DNA of 64,000 nt from Vicugna vicugna (Eukaryota). The notes below the pieces were generated by a model, which worked only from the letters and a program-made list of their open reading frames with translations, was not told where the DNA came from and did not search any database. The stretch covers positions 818,753 through 882,752 of the forward strand of contig MU057560.1 of assembly GCA_013265495.1 (NCBI GenBank). Reading direction: 5' to 3'. Below, piece after piece: positions 36,488 through 49,970 of the stretch; within the stretch, counting starts at the first letter, position 1; the number at the start of each line of letters is the position of its first letter. A program made the position numbers and the translations under genes.

Positions 36488-38240
36488 AGACTGACCTTCA
36501 ATAATGCATTTTTTTGAATGCCCTATTTGGTCTGATCATTTCCTGAAAACTGCTCATGTGATACCATCTTTCCAAAGCCCTGGGGGAAGAAAAAATCAAA
36601 CGAATTACAGTGGAACTTGGAAAGAAATGGAATGAAATGTAATTGAATATGCTCTCTGAGCAATACACAGTGCATTAAAAGGCCCGGCGATTAGGGAGCG
36701 AGCAGTGAGCCCTCAAACAGGGCTGCGTGCAAATTAGGCGGGGCCTCCATCAGTGAGGGTGGAAATCCTGCCAGATCAGGTGTTTCCACGCTGCGGGAGA
36801 GAGTCCTCGCTCGCACAGAGCTCCCCTCCTGGTCCATCTTGCACGCCCCTGTTGATGGTGCCTCATCAGAGGAAACCATTTAAAAGGGACTCCTGTGGCC
36901 AATGGACTTGTTTTTTCCCTGAATCATCACACTTGATATTGAATTAATTTCTACAGCTTCTACCTTTTGAAAGCAAGAAAATACGGTGAACAGAACAATG
37001 CCCTGCAAGTGCAGAGTAAGTGAAGACGGAGGAGGAGAAAGCAGGAGGTAGAAGACGCTCGTGCACATGAGTGATCGGGTTGAGCTTCTGTTTCCTTGTT
37101 GGATCTTTGTTATTTTCATTTATTTCACTTTCATATTTTCAAAATGGGGTCGAAGATTGAAAATCACATAATCTGGCAGTTTCAAATATTTTTAAGACCA
37201 CCTTTCCTCCCAACATAGAAAAGATAAAAAAGGAAGTGATCTGTCTATGCTGCCTTGTGAAAACCTGCACAGGAGATGCTCTTTACATCCAACGGGCAGA
37301 GCGATGGTTCTCACAGTGAGATCTGAGCTGGTCACTGCATCTCTTCTGTGAGATGGGAGTGCAGACAGAGGGGGAGAGAAGACATTCTGCTTGGAATCAG
37401 TGGAAATTGGAGTGTCTTTGGGATGTCAGTGTGGACCTGCATAATCAGAGTCAAAGGCTTACGACAGATTCTACTTCGTCTCTGGGCCATCTGCCCATGG
37501 AGGGTGACTGAAGTCCTCTGAGTACATGGCAACCACCCAGGAGGACTGTGTTCAGAGAAAGAAGAGGCGTGCCGGTGGAATCCCAGAATGTATTTCAGAA
37601 TGCAGTGCTTTGGCAGAGGGGAAAACGAAGGCCAGGATGGAGTGGCCAAAAGTCAGCATAGGAACCAGGAGGTGTGGATTCTAAGAAGCGGGGAGGACAA
37701 GTTTAAGAACAAGCCAGTGGGAAGGGAGAAGCTCTGGGTGCAGGAGAAGGGAACAGCTTTCCTAGATCCAGGTCCCGCAGAAGCAGGAGGACCAGCTCCT
37801 CCTGACGTGCGGGAGGCAGCAGCGGTGACGCCTCCTTCACGTGAAGGACGAGGGCGCTGTTTGGCGGTGCTTACCTGGCTTTGAGCCAGTCGGCTGCGTG
37901 CCACGAATCCCTACACTTTCAAATATTGTCTACTTTCAAATGGAAGCAATCCAGGGGTTCTGATCATTTTAATAAGATACAGACAGTGATAATATGAAAT
38001 GCGGAGCCCAAAGGGCAGGACCACATATGGCTGTTTTCTCTGCTCCTAGCGATGTCGCCACGCGGAGGACATAGATGCCTGTGCAGTGAAGGAGCTCCTT
38101 CCATCCTTCTTCTCCAGGGAGTGTGCATTGTTGTTCCAAACAAGTTACAAGTTCATTGAGCGTAGCTGATAAGGGGAGAAGTTCTTTTTATGAAGCCCTC
38201 AAACCAGGGCTCCAAAAATATTTAATGGAATGCTTGGCTC
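36488..38240 (+). repeat. Direct duplication, copy 1 (1753 bp)
   Basis: Matches 38751-40503 at constant offset 2263 with about 13 substitutions and no indel seen. Confidence 0.97.
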
Positions 38241-38750
38241 NNNNNNNNNNNNNNNNNNNNNNNNNNNNNNNNNNNNNNNNNNNNNNNNNNNNNNNNNNNN
38301 NNNNNNNNNNNNNNNNNNNNNNNNNNNNNNNNNNNNNNNNNNNNNNNNNNNNNNNNNNNNNNNNNNNNNNNNNNNNNNNNNNNNNNNNNNNNNNNNNNNN
38401 NNNNNNNNNNNNNNNNNNNNNNNNNNNNNNNNNNNNNNNNNNNNNNNNNNNNNNNNNNNNNNNNNNNNNNNNNNNNNNNNNNNNNNNNNNNNNNNNNNNN
38501 NNNNNNNNNNNNNNNNNNNNNNNNNNNNNNNNNNNNNNNNNNNNNNNNNNNNNNNNNNNNNNNNNNNNNNNNNNNNNNNNNNNNNNNNNNNNNNNNNNNN
38601 NNNNNNNNNNNNNNNNNNNNNNNNNNNNNNNNNNNNNNNNNNNNNNNNNNNNNNNNNNNNNNNNNNNNNNNNNNNNNNNNNNNNNNNNNNNNNNNNNNNN
38701 NNNNNNNNNNNNNNNNNNNNNNNNNNNNNNNNNNNNNNNNNNNNNNNNNN
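38241..38750. other. Assembly gap (510 N)
   Basis: Run of N. Confidence 1.
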
Positions 38751-40503
38751 AGACTGACCTTCAATAATGCATTTTTTTGAATGCCCTATTTGGTCTGATC
38801 ATTTCCTGAAAACTGCTCATGTGATACCATCTTTCCAAAGCCCTGGGGGAAGAAAAAATCAAACGAATTACAGTGGAACTTGGAAAGAAATGGAATGAAA
38901 TGTAATTGAATATGCTCTCTGAGCAATACACAGTGCATTAAAAGGCCCGGCGATTAGGGAGCGAGCAGTGAGCCCTCAAACAGGGCTGCGTGCAAATTAG
39001 GCGGGGCCTCCATCAGTGAGGGTGGAAATCCTGCCAGATCAGGTGTTTCCACGCTGCGGGAGAGAGTCCTCGCTCGCACAGAGCTCCCCTCCTGGTCCAT
39101 CTTGCACGCCCCTGTTGCTGGTGCCTCATCAGAGGAAACCATTTAAAAGAGACTCCTGTGGCCAATGGACTTTTTTTTTCCCTGAATCATCACACTTGAT
39201 ATTGAATTAATTTCTACAGCTTCTACCTTTTGAAAGCAAGAAAATACGGTGAACAGAACAATGCCCTGCAAGTGCAGAGTAAGTGAAGACGGAGGAGGAG
39301 AAAGCAGGAGGTAGAAGACGCTCGTGCACATGAGTGATCGGGTTGAGCTTCTGTTTCCTTGTTGGATCTTTGTTATTTTCATTTATTTCACTTTCATATT
39401 TTCAAAATGGGGTCGAAGATTGAAAATCACATAATCTGGCAGTTTCAAATATTTTTAAGACCACCTTTCCTCCCAACATAGAAAAGATAAAAAAGGAAGT
39501 GATCTGGCTATGCTGCCTTGTGAAAACCTGCACAGGAGATGCTCTTTACATCCAACGGGCAGAGCGATGGTTCTCACAGTGAGATCTGAGCTGGTCACTG
39601 CATCTCTTCTGTGAGATGGGAGTGCAGACAGAGGGGGAGAGAAGACATTCTGCTTGGAATCAGTGGAAATTGGAGTGTCTTTGGGATGTCAGTGTGGACC
39701 TGCATAATCAGAGTCAAAGGCTTACGACAGATTCTACTTCGTCTCTGGGCCATCTGCCCATGGAGGGTGACTGAAGTCCTCTGAGTACATGGCAACCACC
39801 CAGGAGGACTGTGTTCAGAGAAAGAAGAGGTGTGACGGTGGAATCCCAGAATGTATTTCAGAATGCAGTGCTTTGGCAGAGGGGAAAACGAAGGCCAGGA
39901 TGGAGTGGCCAAAAGTCAGCATAGGAACCAGGAGGTGTGGATTCTAAGAAGCGGGGAGGACAAGTTTAAGAACAAGCCAGTGGGAAGGGAGAAGCTCTGG
40001 GTGCAGGAGAAGGGAACAGCTTTCCTAGATCCAGGTCCCGCAGAAGCAGGAGGACCAGCTCCTCCTGACGTGCGGGAGGCAGCAGCGGTGATGCCTCCTT
40101 CACGTGAAGGACGAGGGCGCTGTTTGGCGGTGCTTACCTGGCTTTGAGCGAGTCGGCTGCGTGCCACGAATCCCTACACTTTCAAATACTGTCTACTTTC
40201 AAATGGAAGCAATCCAGGGATTCTGATCATTTTAATAAGATACAGACGGTGATAATATGAAATGCGGAGCCCAAAGGGCAGGACCACATGTGGCTGTTTT
40301 CTCTGCTCCTAGCGGTGTCGCCACGCGGAGGACATAGATGCCTGTGCAGTGAAGGAGCTCCTTCCATCCTTCTTCTCCAGGGAGTGTGCATTGTTGTTCC
40401 AAACAAGTTACAAGTTCATTGAGCGTAGCTGATAAGGGGAGAAGTTCTTTTTATGAAGCCCTCAAACCAGGGCTCCAAAAATATTTAATGGAATGCTTGG
40501 CTC
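38751..40503 (+). repeat. Direct duplication, copy 2 (1753 bp)
   Basis: Begins at the first base after the gap; its partner ends at the last base before the gap. Confidence 0.97.
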
Positions 40504-41419
40504 CTTCAGGACAAGTGATGATCAGGGGCCGGCTAGGCTGCAGCAGCCAAGAAACAGAATCTCAAAGACAGATTCTGTGATTAGTATCAGATACTGAAAC
40601 CTTCCCACGGGCTACCTTCCAGGAGCCTCCCAGCGGCCCTGAGGCATGGCCTTTGCAGTTGGGAGTGTCCCCCCAGCCAAAAGGCATCAGACAAGAGGAG
40701 GCTGCAGAAACCAGTCGTATTAACATCCTGCCACCTGCGACACCTTCACGTCTAGTTTTCTGCTGCCCTGGTCCTGCCAGCCTGGGCCTGTGCAGTTTTC
40801 TGGAAAACATGAATGATAGGTGGTCAAGGTAAGATATTTACGAAAACTATGATTGTCAGTGGTTTGTGGAAAGAGGACAGGCCTGAGAGGTTTAAATCCC
40901 CCTTTCTCCCAGAGATGTGAAATCCAGCAGGTCCAGTCATCTCTTTGGGATGTAATTTAGATTTTTATTACATGGTGACAATCATACTTATTTCTTGATG
41001 TCTTTGTGAGGATCTAATATGTCAACGTGTATGGAAATGCTTTGTAAGTGACAAATGTTAGTGGTGTCCTCAAATCTGGATGAGGAGTTTAAGACCTCGT
41101 TTCCCCCACTATTCTGTAACAGAGGCCTTCTGGGATGTGTTCGGTCTAGAGGCAACGTAGTGTGTTCATGGTGTTCTAAAGGCAGACTACATGGAGTGGA
41201 AGATGAAGGTGTTTCCAGTCTGTCTTGCACTGGGAATTCTCATCATAGCTTGCTCCTCTCTTGTGAAATGTCTCCTTTCTTCTTGCGCTGTGGGATTTCT
41301 CTTGCGTGGAAGAAATGGAGAAAACAGAATAGGGACGGGGGCTGGGGTCAGGAGAGAGAAGGCTGGGAGTGGTACCCTCGTGCAGACGGCCGGGCAATTC
41401 CTTGCATCCATCATGCCTT

Positions 41420-41770
41420 TTCATAATAGACATCCAATTAGAATCTACTTTTCCCAGCCTGCCTTGCAACTGGCTCATGTGACCAGTGTCCCCCAGTGGG
41501 ATGTAGCTGACATGAACTGTGCCACCAGAAGTGACCAAGGCTCCCAGAAGTCCCTGAGCCTCCTCCAGGCTGGTTTCCCCCTTCGTTAGCTAGAGGCGGG
41601 TGACAGTGACATCATTAACATGGAAGAAGCCTGCGTCTCTGAGCCCCTCAGGACAAGACCCACCCCGACCAGGATCATCCACACTGGACAACCACATGGA
41701 AGAGGGGAAACTTCTGTTTCAGTCCTGAGGCATTTGGGGGCCTATATGTGAGCCCACCCTGGCTAATTTC
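41420..41770 (+). mobile_element. Old MaLR LTR remnant (MLT1H/I/J-like)
   Basis: 'ctacttttcccagcctgccttgca...catgtgacc...', 'atggaagaagcctgcgtctctgag', 'aaacttctgttt..gtc'. Confidence 0.55.
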
Positions 41771-41903
41771 TAGTCTCTGTCCTGAGCAAGGGGGACGAAA
41801 CTCACCTCCTGAGCTCACACATATTCCAGACCAACTCGAGTATAGGGTTTTCAGCAGAGATTCGGGAACAAAGTCTTTCTAGAAACGTTTTTCAAGTCAG
41901 TAT

Positions 41904-42024
41904 CCTTTTGTGGGGGGAGGCTCATTAAATTGATTGACTTATTCCTCCATTCAGTGGAGGCACTGGGGCTTGAACCCAGGGCCTCGTGCTCAGCATGTGC
42001 TCTGCCACTGAGCTCCACCCTCCC
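41904..42024 (-). mobile_element. Camelid Vic-1-like SINE
   Basis: Reverse complement reads GGGAGGGTGGAGCTCAGTGGCAGAGCACATGCTGAGCACGAGGCCCTGGGTTCAAGCCCCAGTGCCTCC...CCTCCCCCC. Confidence 0.85.
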
Positions 42025-43814
42025 CTCTGGACCAAAGTCTTTATGGATTAGAGAGCGCTTACTTGCTGGTCCCTCTCTTTTCCCTTCCACGCATGTAGCT
42101 CAGTGACCAGAACCGCTGCTGCCTTGTGTCTAGGATTTGTGCCGCCCGCTACCACCATCCCTGCTCGGTTAGGACCCCTTGGCTCCAAGTGACAAAGACG
42201 GCCTCAGGGAGCCCAAGGGCATCAGGAATGTGGCACGGATCCTGCAGGTGAGGCCACCGCGCTAGCCTCCGGGGATCTGGGGTTGAGCCTGGATTAAGGG
42301 GCAGCATGGGCTTCCCTCACGCCGCCTCGGTTTCTTCCTGCACCTGCGCCCTTTCGCCTCCCTTCAGCCAAAGGCCTGCCCCGACTCACGCGCTGCGTCT
42401 CCTCCATGGCTTAGGCGAACTTGCGGAAGCCACTTTCCCTCCAGCTTTGACTCCGTGCGACCTTTTGCCTGTACCACCCAGCCAGGAACTGGTAACTTTG
42501 TTCTTTTCTTTACATCCAGTTCCTAGGAGCTGCTCTTCCTGCGCTTCTCTTTAAGCTGGACCGTGGGGCACGGCCAGGTCTTGGGATCCTGTCTCCCCCA
42601 CCAGTCTAGCCAGACAGGTGGTATTTGAAAAATGACTTTTCTGGGGCAGCAGCCATTAGGGGCCCAGCAAATGTCATCCCGGAGGAATGTGAAGTGATCG
42701 CTTGTGACTGGCATCTTCGACACAACAGCAAACAATAAAGTGCTAAATAAAAGTTGGTGCTTATTACGTACTGCGAATATAAGTACACACGTACACAAAG
42801 TAATTTTTGTACCAACCAGGCTTTAGGCAGTACGTTGAGATGTTCAGAAAATAAATGAGAAAGGCAGCCCTTAATTTTATCAGTTGACAGTTTATTGGGG
42901 TTGGGGGGATGAAAAACGCGTGTAAATAACCATAATAACAATAACAACAATAATAAATCCATAAAGAGACCGAACTTTTTAATCGGAGCACAGTCGGTCT
43001 ACAAGGTTGTGTTAGTTTCTGGAATAGAGCACAGAGATTCAGTGATGCCTTTTTCACATCCTTCTTCATCACAGGCTATTACACGTTACTGAACGCGGTT
43101 CCCTGTGCTGTGCGGCAGGACCTTGTTTCTCTGTTTCACATGCAGTAATTTGCGTCTGCTGATAGACCTACTTCTTAAGGTCACAACTGTCTGGTATCTC
43201 AAGTGTCACACTAATACAGGGTCTGTGTTGGGACAGAAAGAGCAGCAGCCTTCAGTTCAGCTTCTGGTCCCATGAGGGCGGGCCGTCTGGTCCTTAGTTT
43301 CTTCCTCCGTGAAACGGGGGTATTAGAGCCTACCTTATTCATAAAGTTGCTCTGAGATGAAGTAGGAAGGTGCTTTGAAAGCTAAAGCAACTGTCCCAGG
43401 GCCCGGCTGTGGGCAGGGACCAGACGGCCTCTCCCACGAGGTCAGCAGCACCCAGCACAGGGACCCGTGCGGCGCAGGCACACAATATTAGATCTTTTAG
43501 GATTTTTCTCCCTCTTTAAATCCTATTTTTTTTAGTTCCTCCCGGGAGAGCACTGCCTTCGCTCGGGGCCTACTGAGGGCTGACACATATGCAGGTGGCG
43601 TCACCGAGATCCACCCCCCCCCCCGCAGATCTCACCAGCGCATTGGAAACAAAATAGACTCTGCTTTTGCATACATCTGTTCCATTATGCATGCTTTTGC
43701 TGAAACGCACCCTGTGAACTTAGCAGCTATTTTCTAACTAGTCCCCGCTGCACAAGTTAAAGTTATTGTTACTCTCTGGGTAAGCACTTTCTGGATGGCG
43801 TTCTGGGATGTTCC

Positions 43815-43952
43815 GTTACGCACAGTCCAATGTGGCTGTTGAACTTGTGACTAATGACCACTTGAAATGTGGCTGGTGCTGTGGAGGAACACATCTCTAA
43901 TTTAATTTAAGTTTAAATTCTCACCTGGGGCTCGTGGCTGCTGCATTAGATA
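43815..43952. mobile_element. MER3-like hAT-Charlie fossil
   Basis: 'cacttgaaatgtggctggtg....gaggaac...taatttaatttaagtttaaat' resembles MER3. Confidence 0.6.
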
Positions 43953-44329
43953 GTGAAGACCCCGCTTAATTAGATGGCACTTGGTCTTGTCTTTTCTACC
44001 CAGGTCATCCCAAGAGGTACTTAGCTGAATAGGAAATAGAACGAAGGGAAAGCCACTCAATATGTCCTATTGGCTGCCGCCTCCTCTCGAATTAACTGTA
44101 ACCGATACCCTAACCCTGGGCTGTGACGCAAGCCCCCGACACAGCGGCAAAGGAGAGCGGTGCTTTCTGGACTGAAGGAGCCCGACAGCGGCAGCTGTCC
44201 GGTACCACGCTCCTCGAACCTGGAGCTGAAAACTGATTTGCCAAGGGGAGAATCTGCGTGTCCACCTCCCGCTTTAGGTAAAGGGAACAAGAAATGAAAT
44301 GTGGTCCATCTGGGAGTGGGGCTGGGGGT

Positions 44330-44485
44330 TAAGGAAGTCTTGAGAGCCCTGGACCTATTAGGGTTTTGCCATCAACTACTTGGGTGACCTTGAGCAATCA
44401 CTAAGCTGCTACCCCTTCTCTGGGCTTCAGTTTCTTCATCTGTAAAATGAGAAGGATGAACTGGATTGTTGTTAGCCCTGTTCTA
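44330..44485 (+). mobile_element. MIR SINE fragment
   Basis: 'gtgaccttgagcaatcac...ctctgggcttcagtttcttcatctgtaaaatgag' is the MIR core. Confidence 0.8.
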
Positions 44486-47400
44486 GTATGAAATGCTCTT
44501 TGATCTCCAAAGGGCCTCATATTCACTGCTTTTAGTCAGGTTGGGATGCCATTTTCAGGAAGGGACAGTCAAGGTTAAAATCTACCCAAGGTTCCGTCTT
44601 CTGCAATCGCAGTGGAATTGCTGCTGCTAATCTTTGATGATGCTAAGTGAAAATGGTCCCATCTGTAGAAAAAAGTAAGAGTTGGTTATTAATGGAACAC
44701 TTAACGGTGTCCGGAGGCCTCAGCATCACTCGAGATCTGACTCTGAGGGTGAGAGGCTGTGATCCCAGGTGGCTGCGGCATTGCCTGCCATCTGGTAGCA
44801 GTTGGATGGAGAGTTCAATCTGATGAAACGGAGCCAGCCAGCTGGTGTCAGATATTAGAAAATGCGGAGGCCAAACGCCAGAGTAGCCTTTAACAAAGCT
44901 GCCTCTGAGCCCAGGGTCCTGGGAAAGGGGGCTGAGGTCTCATTTGCAGAGCTGGCCAGGGCGCGGGGGGCTTCCTGAGTTTACTAGTATATTTTCAATA
45001 ACGTCATTTATGTGCCCACATGGGAGTACATGGCATGCTGATTATCAGGCTGAAGTTAATCACACAAATCATCACTCTGGCTTTCTCCAATGTGACCTGG
45101 AAAATCCTTTCTCCAACGACGCATCTCAAGTTTACTTGTGAAACATCCACTCGTAGCCCTAATGATAATAATAGTTGGAGAGAAATTACCAAATGTAGAT
45201 GTTTTCAGAAACAACCCCCAGAGATGAAGGTCTCCCTGGTGATGACCGAGAGTAGGAGCCACGTCCCCCCCGGGCGGTCAGGGTCCCCGGAACAGCACTG
45301 CTGCTCTCACGTCTGTCATAGAAGCAAGGCTCTCTGATACCAACGTCCACTCACCAAGACCGGCGTAGAAACCGCGTGCCTCCTCATGGTGTTCTGGGAC
45401 CAGCTTTCAGTGCCCAGCAGAAACGGTTTTGCAAATTGCAAAGAGGCCGTTAGACTGCAAACAAATTTCTTCCTATTAAAAATTACAGTTCTCACGTTCA
45501 GTTGTCGGGAAAAGAGCTGTCATTTTTCCCCCTTCTTTCTACCACCGTTTGGCATGAGTTATTAAGCCATGTCCTGGAAAGGAGCCAACGGTGCATATCA
45601 TTAAACGGAGCTTCTGAGGGGCTGTAAATTTTTCAGCGTGATATCACACGCACGCCAGTGAAAACCCACGCCTGCCGGGCTCCCCCGTAATAAGGACACT
45701 TTTAGGAAGGTAAGGATGTGTAAGACACTTCGTGGTAATCCAGTCTGTCGCCGCAAAGGACTGAGAAGAGAGCTTTGCCCCCGGAGGGTGGCTTCCGCCT
45801 GGCCCAGGCCGGAAAAGCACTAGCGGGAAGACCTAGCAGCCAGAGGCGTCTCGGCAGGAGGTGCAGCCCGGGGCTTTACGGGGCCGAACACCCGAGAACC
45901 GAAGGCCGGGCAGGCCTCCTGGGACTTTGCACCCAGCAGGGCCTCTCGGACCACGGGCTGGAATGTTTCCCAGCCTTTTAAATGACTGGCTTCTTCGATT
46001 GAAAGCCTTGGACTGCTCAGAGGTTCCAGAATCTTGTGTACCGATTTCCAGCCCTGAAGTGGACTTGAATTGCATCAGTGATAACTTTGCTGCAAGCGTA
46101 GCTCCATGAGGGATCCTCATCTTGGGATGTTTGGGGACACAGAGTGGGTTTCACTAGGTAGTTTTATTTCAGAAGCACCCAAGCGTGGTGCAGCGAGCTC
46201 CCCTGTACTAGGTGTCGGCGAGGCAGAGTCCCCGATTCTTCAGACGAGCGGGCAGAGGAGCGGAGGCTGAGGACCCCAGATGACCGTGTCTACGCAGGGA
46301 AGCCCAGCACACCCCTTCCCATAGTCCTCAGCTCTGGCCTATTTATTAAAATCCTTAAACTTGGTCAGGGATGAGATTTTTCTGAAGGAATTTGTAGATG
46401 TTTGTATGTACGCCCACCGGGGAGTGGGGTTGCTGGGAAAACGGTCTATTTTGGAAGATTTACATCAGGAAACAAATACTTTATCAAACGTATCACACGT
46501 TCAAGAAAATTAAAAAAAGAAGATCCGCTGAAATAAAACATTATTTGATGACACCATCCTGGAACATAAAGGGAGTTTCCGTAACTAAGGAGATCAGCTA
46601 TGGAGACGGGCAGCGTTATTACAGGATTCCGGGAGAATGAAATACACCTGAGCTGTCATCTGCAAGTGAAGTCAGTGAACACAAATTCCCAAGGGGGCAA
46701 TGCTGGGCGGCATTTGTTCCTTGCACCCTCCTTTCCTGGACCATCTACGTGAAGACTTAATGGGGTAAATAACCCACAAATGAGAGGCTGTGCTATAAAG
46801 ATCTGGCAATGAGATCAAAGCCATTTATACATGAAATTAAATCCAAATAGTTAGAGATTATGATTTTTCCGTATATGAGTGCTAGCCTTTATGAAGGAAA
46901 GCCATCTGAATGTGAATGCTACATTAGGGGTGTGTTAATTGAATATCACTACGTATGCTTGAGTTCCCTGCCCCGCCCCCCAAAAAGCAGTGGCCCTCAC
47001 TGGACCTGCCGACCTGCCCACCTGCCCACCTGCTCAAGGCACGTCCCTGGGAGCAGGAGACGCGAGGCAGTTCTACCGTCTCCTTAGGAGGGCTCAGGTC
47101 CCGTGCGATTCCCAGGCTGTCAGCATCTTCCTGCGCCGGGGTCCAGAGTTCAGCCGTCTCTACTCTGGGGCTCCTAAAAGCCAGCAGCATATTGTATCTG
47201 ACACTTAACCGAAGAAGCAGTTTTGTTTTCAACACTTAGAAGGAAAAACTAAATGTGTTAGTCTTATTGAAAGGATTTATCAGCCTCCAGTAATGCAGCT
47301 TCCTAGGGAATTTTCAAGGGTAATTTCTACAAAACATGATTTTTGTTATATCCGTGAGATTTGGAAGGAACTCCAGGTGGGGGCAAACTCCGCATACGAT

Positions 47401-49784
47401 AAAGCGCTGCAAAGAGATTGAACGATGGTCGACGGGGGAAGAGATCTGAGAACATAACCGGCAGACCTGGGAAGTGAAGCCGGCGAGAGTGTAGCTGCCG
47501 TAACATAACTCTCTTCTACGGAAAGAATCGGTTTGGTCCAATATTGCTTTATCACCAGTATAAATAAAAACAGATTCCTCCTTCAAATTAAACAGGATAA
47601 GGAGCAAAACTCAAAACACAGGACCACGTAGCGAATTTTCACACACAGCAGTAACACGAACAAGAATAAACAGCAGTAACTCAGGAAAGCGTAGACACAG
47701 CATCTGGACTTGGGACACGGAGATCATGAGCTGGACGTTGGCTGGAGAAATCAAAGAAGGTTTTCAGGAGACACACAAAATTGTTAACATTGGTTAACTC
47801 CGGTGAGAAAAATCGTGGATGGTTTTTACTTTACTAATTAAATTTTTCTGTGTTTGACCGATGTTTTGAAAAGAACCTGTATTATCTTTTTGTGATTAAA
47901 TCCACCCGTAAAGTTATCTCATTTTGTAATAAAAAAAAGTGGGGAAGAGGAGGAGGGTTTTATACCATCCTTTCATCTTCTGCAACAAAATATCTGGTCC
48001 TGGAAAACAACTCCTGAGTTTCAGAATGAGAGAATGAGATCTGAATGGTCCTCAGTCTTTGGAAAAAGATGCAATGATGTTCAGAACTTCAATTCCTCTC
48101 GGTTAAGGTGGTGGGTGCATGTTGTTAAGTGTACTTTTAGCAAGAAATTTTACATCAGTCAAGTTCTGATTAATCTCCTGATGCCACAGAACATTAAATT
48201 AATCAGTGTTCCATTCAAACACATTCCAAGTAATTGGTCAATGAAACTTTCGAGTCTCTTCTGGACTCTGTACTGTGCATTTAGCATGGATGGGAAAAAA
48301 AGCTCTTTCCTGCTCTTTCCCCTTCAACTCCTCCCTTTCCCCTTTTTCTCATCTGTTGTATAAATTTTTATCTCTATCCCTGAAAAGATTAGTAATAATC
48401 TCATGATTGTCATAGACGGAAATCTTGCCTTTTTGCTAAAATTGGGGAAATCTTATCATTGCCAGCAGACATTTTTTGTCACACTTCAACTTTGCTCTTG
48501 GAAGCTCCTACCATAAGCTCTCCATTCTGGGTTTGTCTGGATCCAGGTCAAGTAGATCAACTTTTGCTTTTACTTTCACAGGAGTAACCAAGTAAGAAGA
48601 AGCATAATTAATGTTTCTTCTCCAAGAACTGAGAAGAGAAATTCTCTCCGCTGGTCTGGAATAAACATAAAATGAAATGCCTGTGGTTGAGGTTGGGGGA
48701 AGTTCAGTGGAAACCTGCCTTATGAGTTCTCATTGTCCACGGGCACCTTCACGCAGTACTGGAAGAGCACCCTTTGCAGCTGAGAACTCATGGGCACCCA
48801 TGTCTGTCCTGCCAACGTTACACATCACACCACGGGGACCCGTGTGCCATCAATCAAATCTCACGCCTATTTCAAGTTAGAATTTACTATTTGGCATTTT
48901 AAGGAGGCCCAAAGACATATTTCCATGGAATTAGACTAGGATTTTAACAACCATCTTGCCGAAAGTCAAAAGGCAAGATAGTCGTCTGCATATTTTAATA
49001 TTAAGCACGAATTTTGATGATGCAGTATGCATATTTTAATAATTATCATACATGTGATTTATTGGATTTAATCAGAGCCTTATTTGTAGCATCTTGGCCA
49101 GAAATAAGCTGAGCAAATATTTAAGACCTATATCAGCTCCAATTCCTACCCCTGTTGTTCTAAAGGTATCAGGGAAGACAAATTAGCCTTTGTTATGAAT
49201 GACCTTAATGATGAGCTGATGACATAAAAATAAAGATACTAAATATTAATCTACTTTGGAGTTGTGTTGTACTGACATCTCAGCCTGACTCCTTATGCTA
49301 TTTTAAATGTGAGTATCTGGAGCTTGGCTCCAAAGTCATTTATTTTTAGAAAAAGATGCAAATTAATAAGGCTGTGTGAAGCTGCAGACCCAGGGAGCCA
49401 TTCCAGCCATAAAATAACGGGCCTGGGGGCTTCGCCCTTTCTGGTTAGTTAAGAAGCCGTAATGAAACTGGCCTCTCTGGGAGGCAGCCAGTTTTCAATT
49501 AGACTGTGTTTCTGCACCCACAGGCCACCTCCGACACCAGAGGACATCTGTGTGTCCCCTCGCCCCCGAGCTGAGGCCGGCGGCTCTCCAAGCGGGCAGT
49601 AATGAGACAGCTCTTGAGAGATGGAAATTGTCACCTTCACACCGTGATGATGGCTCAAGAAACCTCAGGGACAGAAATCCCAGCCCCTTTCTCACCAGAT
49701 CCCCTTGATTCTGTCCCCCTTCCAAGAATGTTCAGACAAAGATTGTTTCTTCTGATAACACAACATTAAGATAACAATAGGCCC

Positions 49785-49970
49785 TACTGTTTATCATAAA
49801 ATAGATAAACAGCAAGGCCCTGCTGTGGAGCATGGGAACTATACTCAGTACCTTGTCGTAAGCTATAATGGAAAAGAATCTGAAAAACTTATATGTGTGT
49901 GTGTAGCTCTGCTGTACATTGGAAGCTAATATTGTAAATCAACTACACTTCAATAAAAAATAAAATAAAA
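49785..49970 (+). mobile_element. L1 3'-end fragment with A-rich tail
   Basis: 'aaaatagataaacagcaaggccctgctgtggagcatgggaactatactcag...gtaaatcaactacacttcaataaaa'. Confidence 0.85.

Noticed and set aside
38123..38767. ORFs of 175-214 aa containing X runs
   Set aside because: Artefacts of translating the N gap.
40988..41300. Purine-rich minus-strand exon candidate
   Set aside because: AAG acceptor, weak TAA|gtatga donor, stops in all three frames, no homology recognised.
47003..47034. ACCTGCCC-like unit x4 with CACCTG E-boxes
   Set aside because: Most simply a slippage micro-duplication; no supporting context.
48562..48597. 10-nt microexon candidate (ttcacag|GAGTAACCAA|gtaaga)
   Set aside because: Not frame-preserving and no host gene identified.
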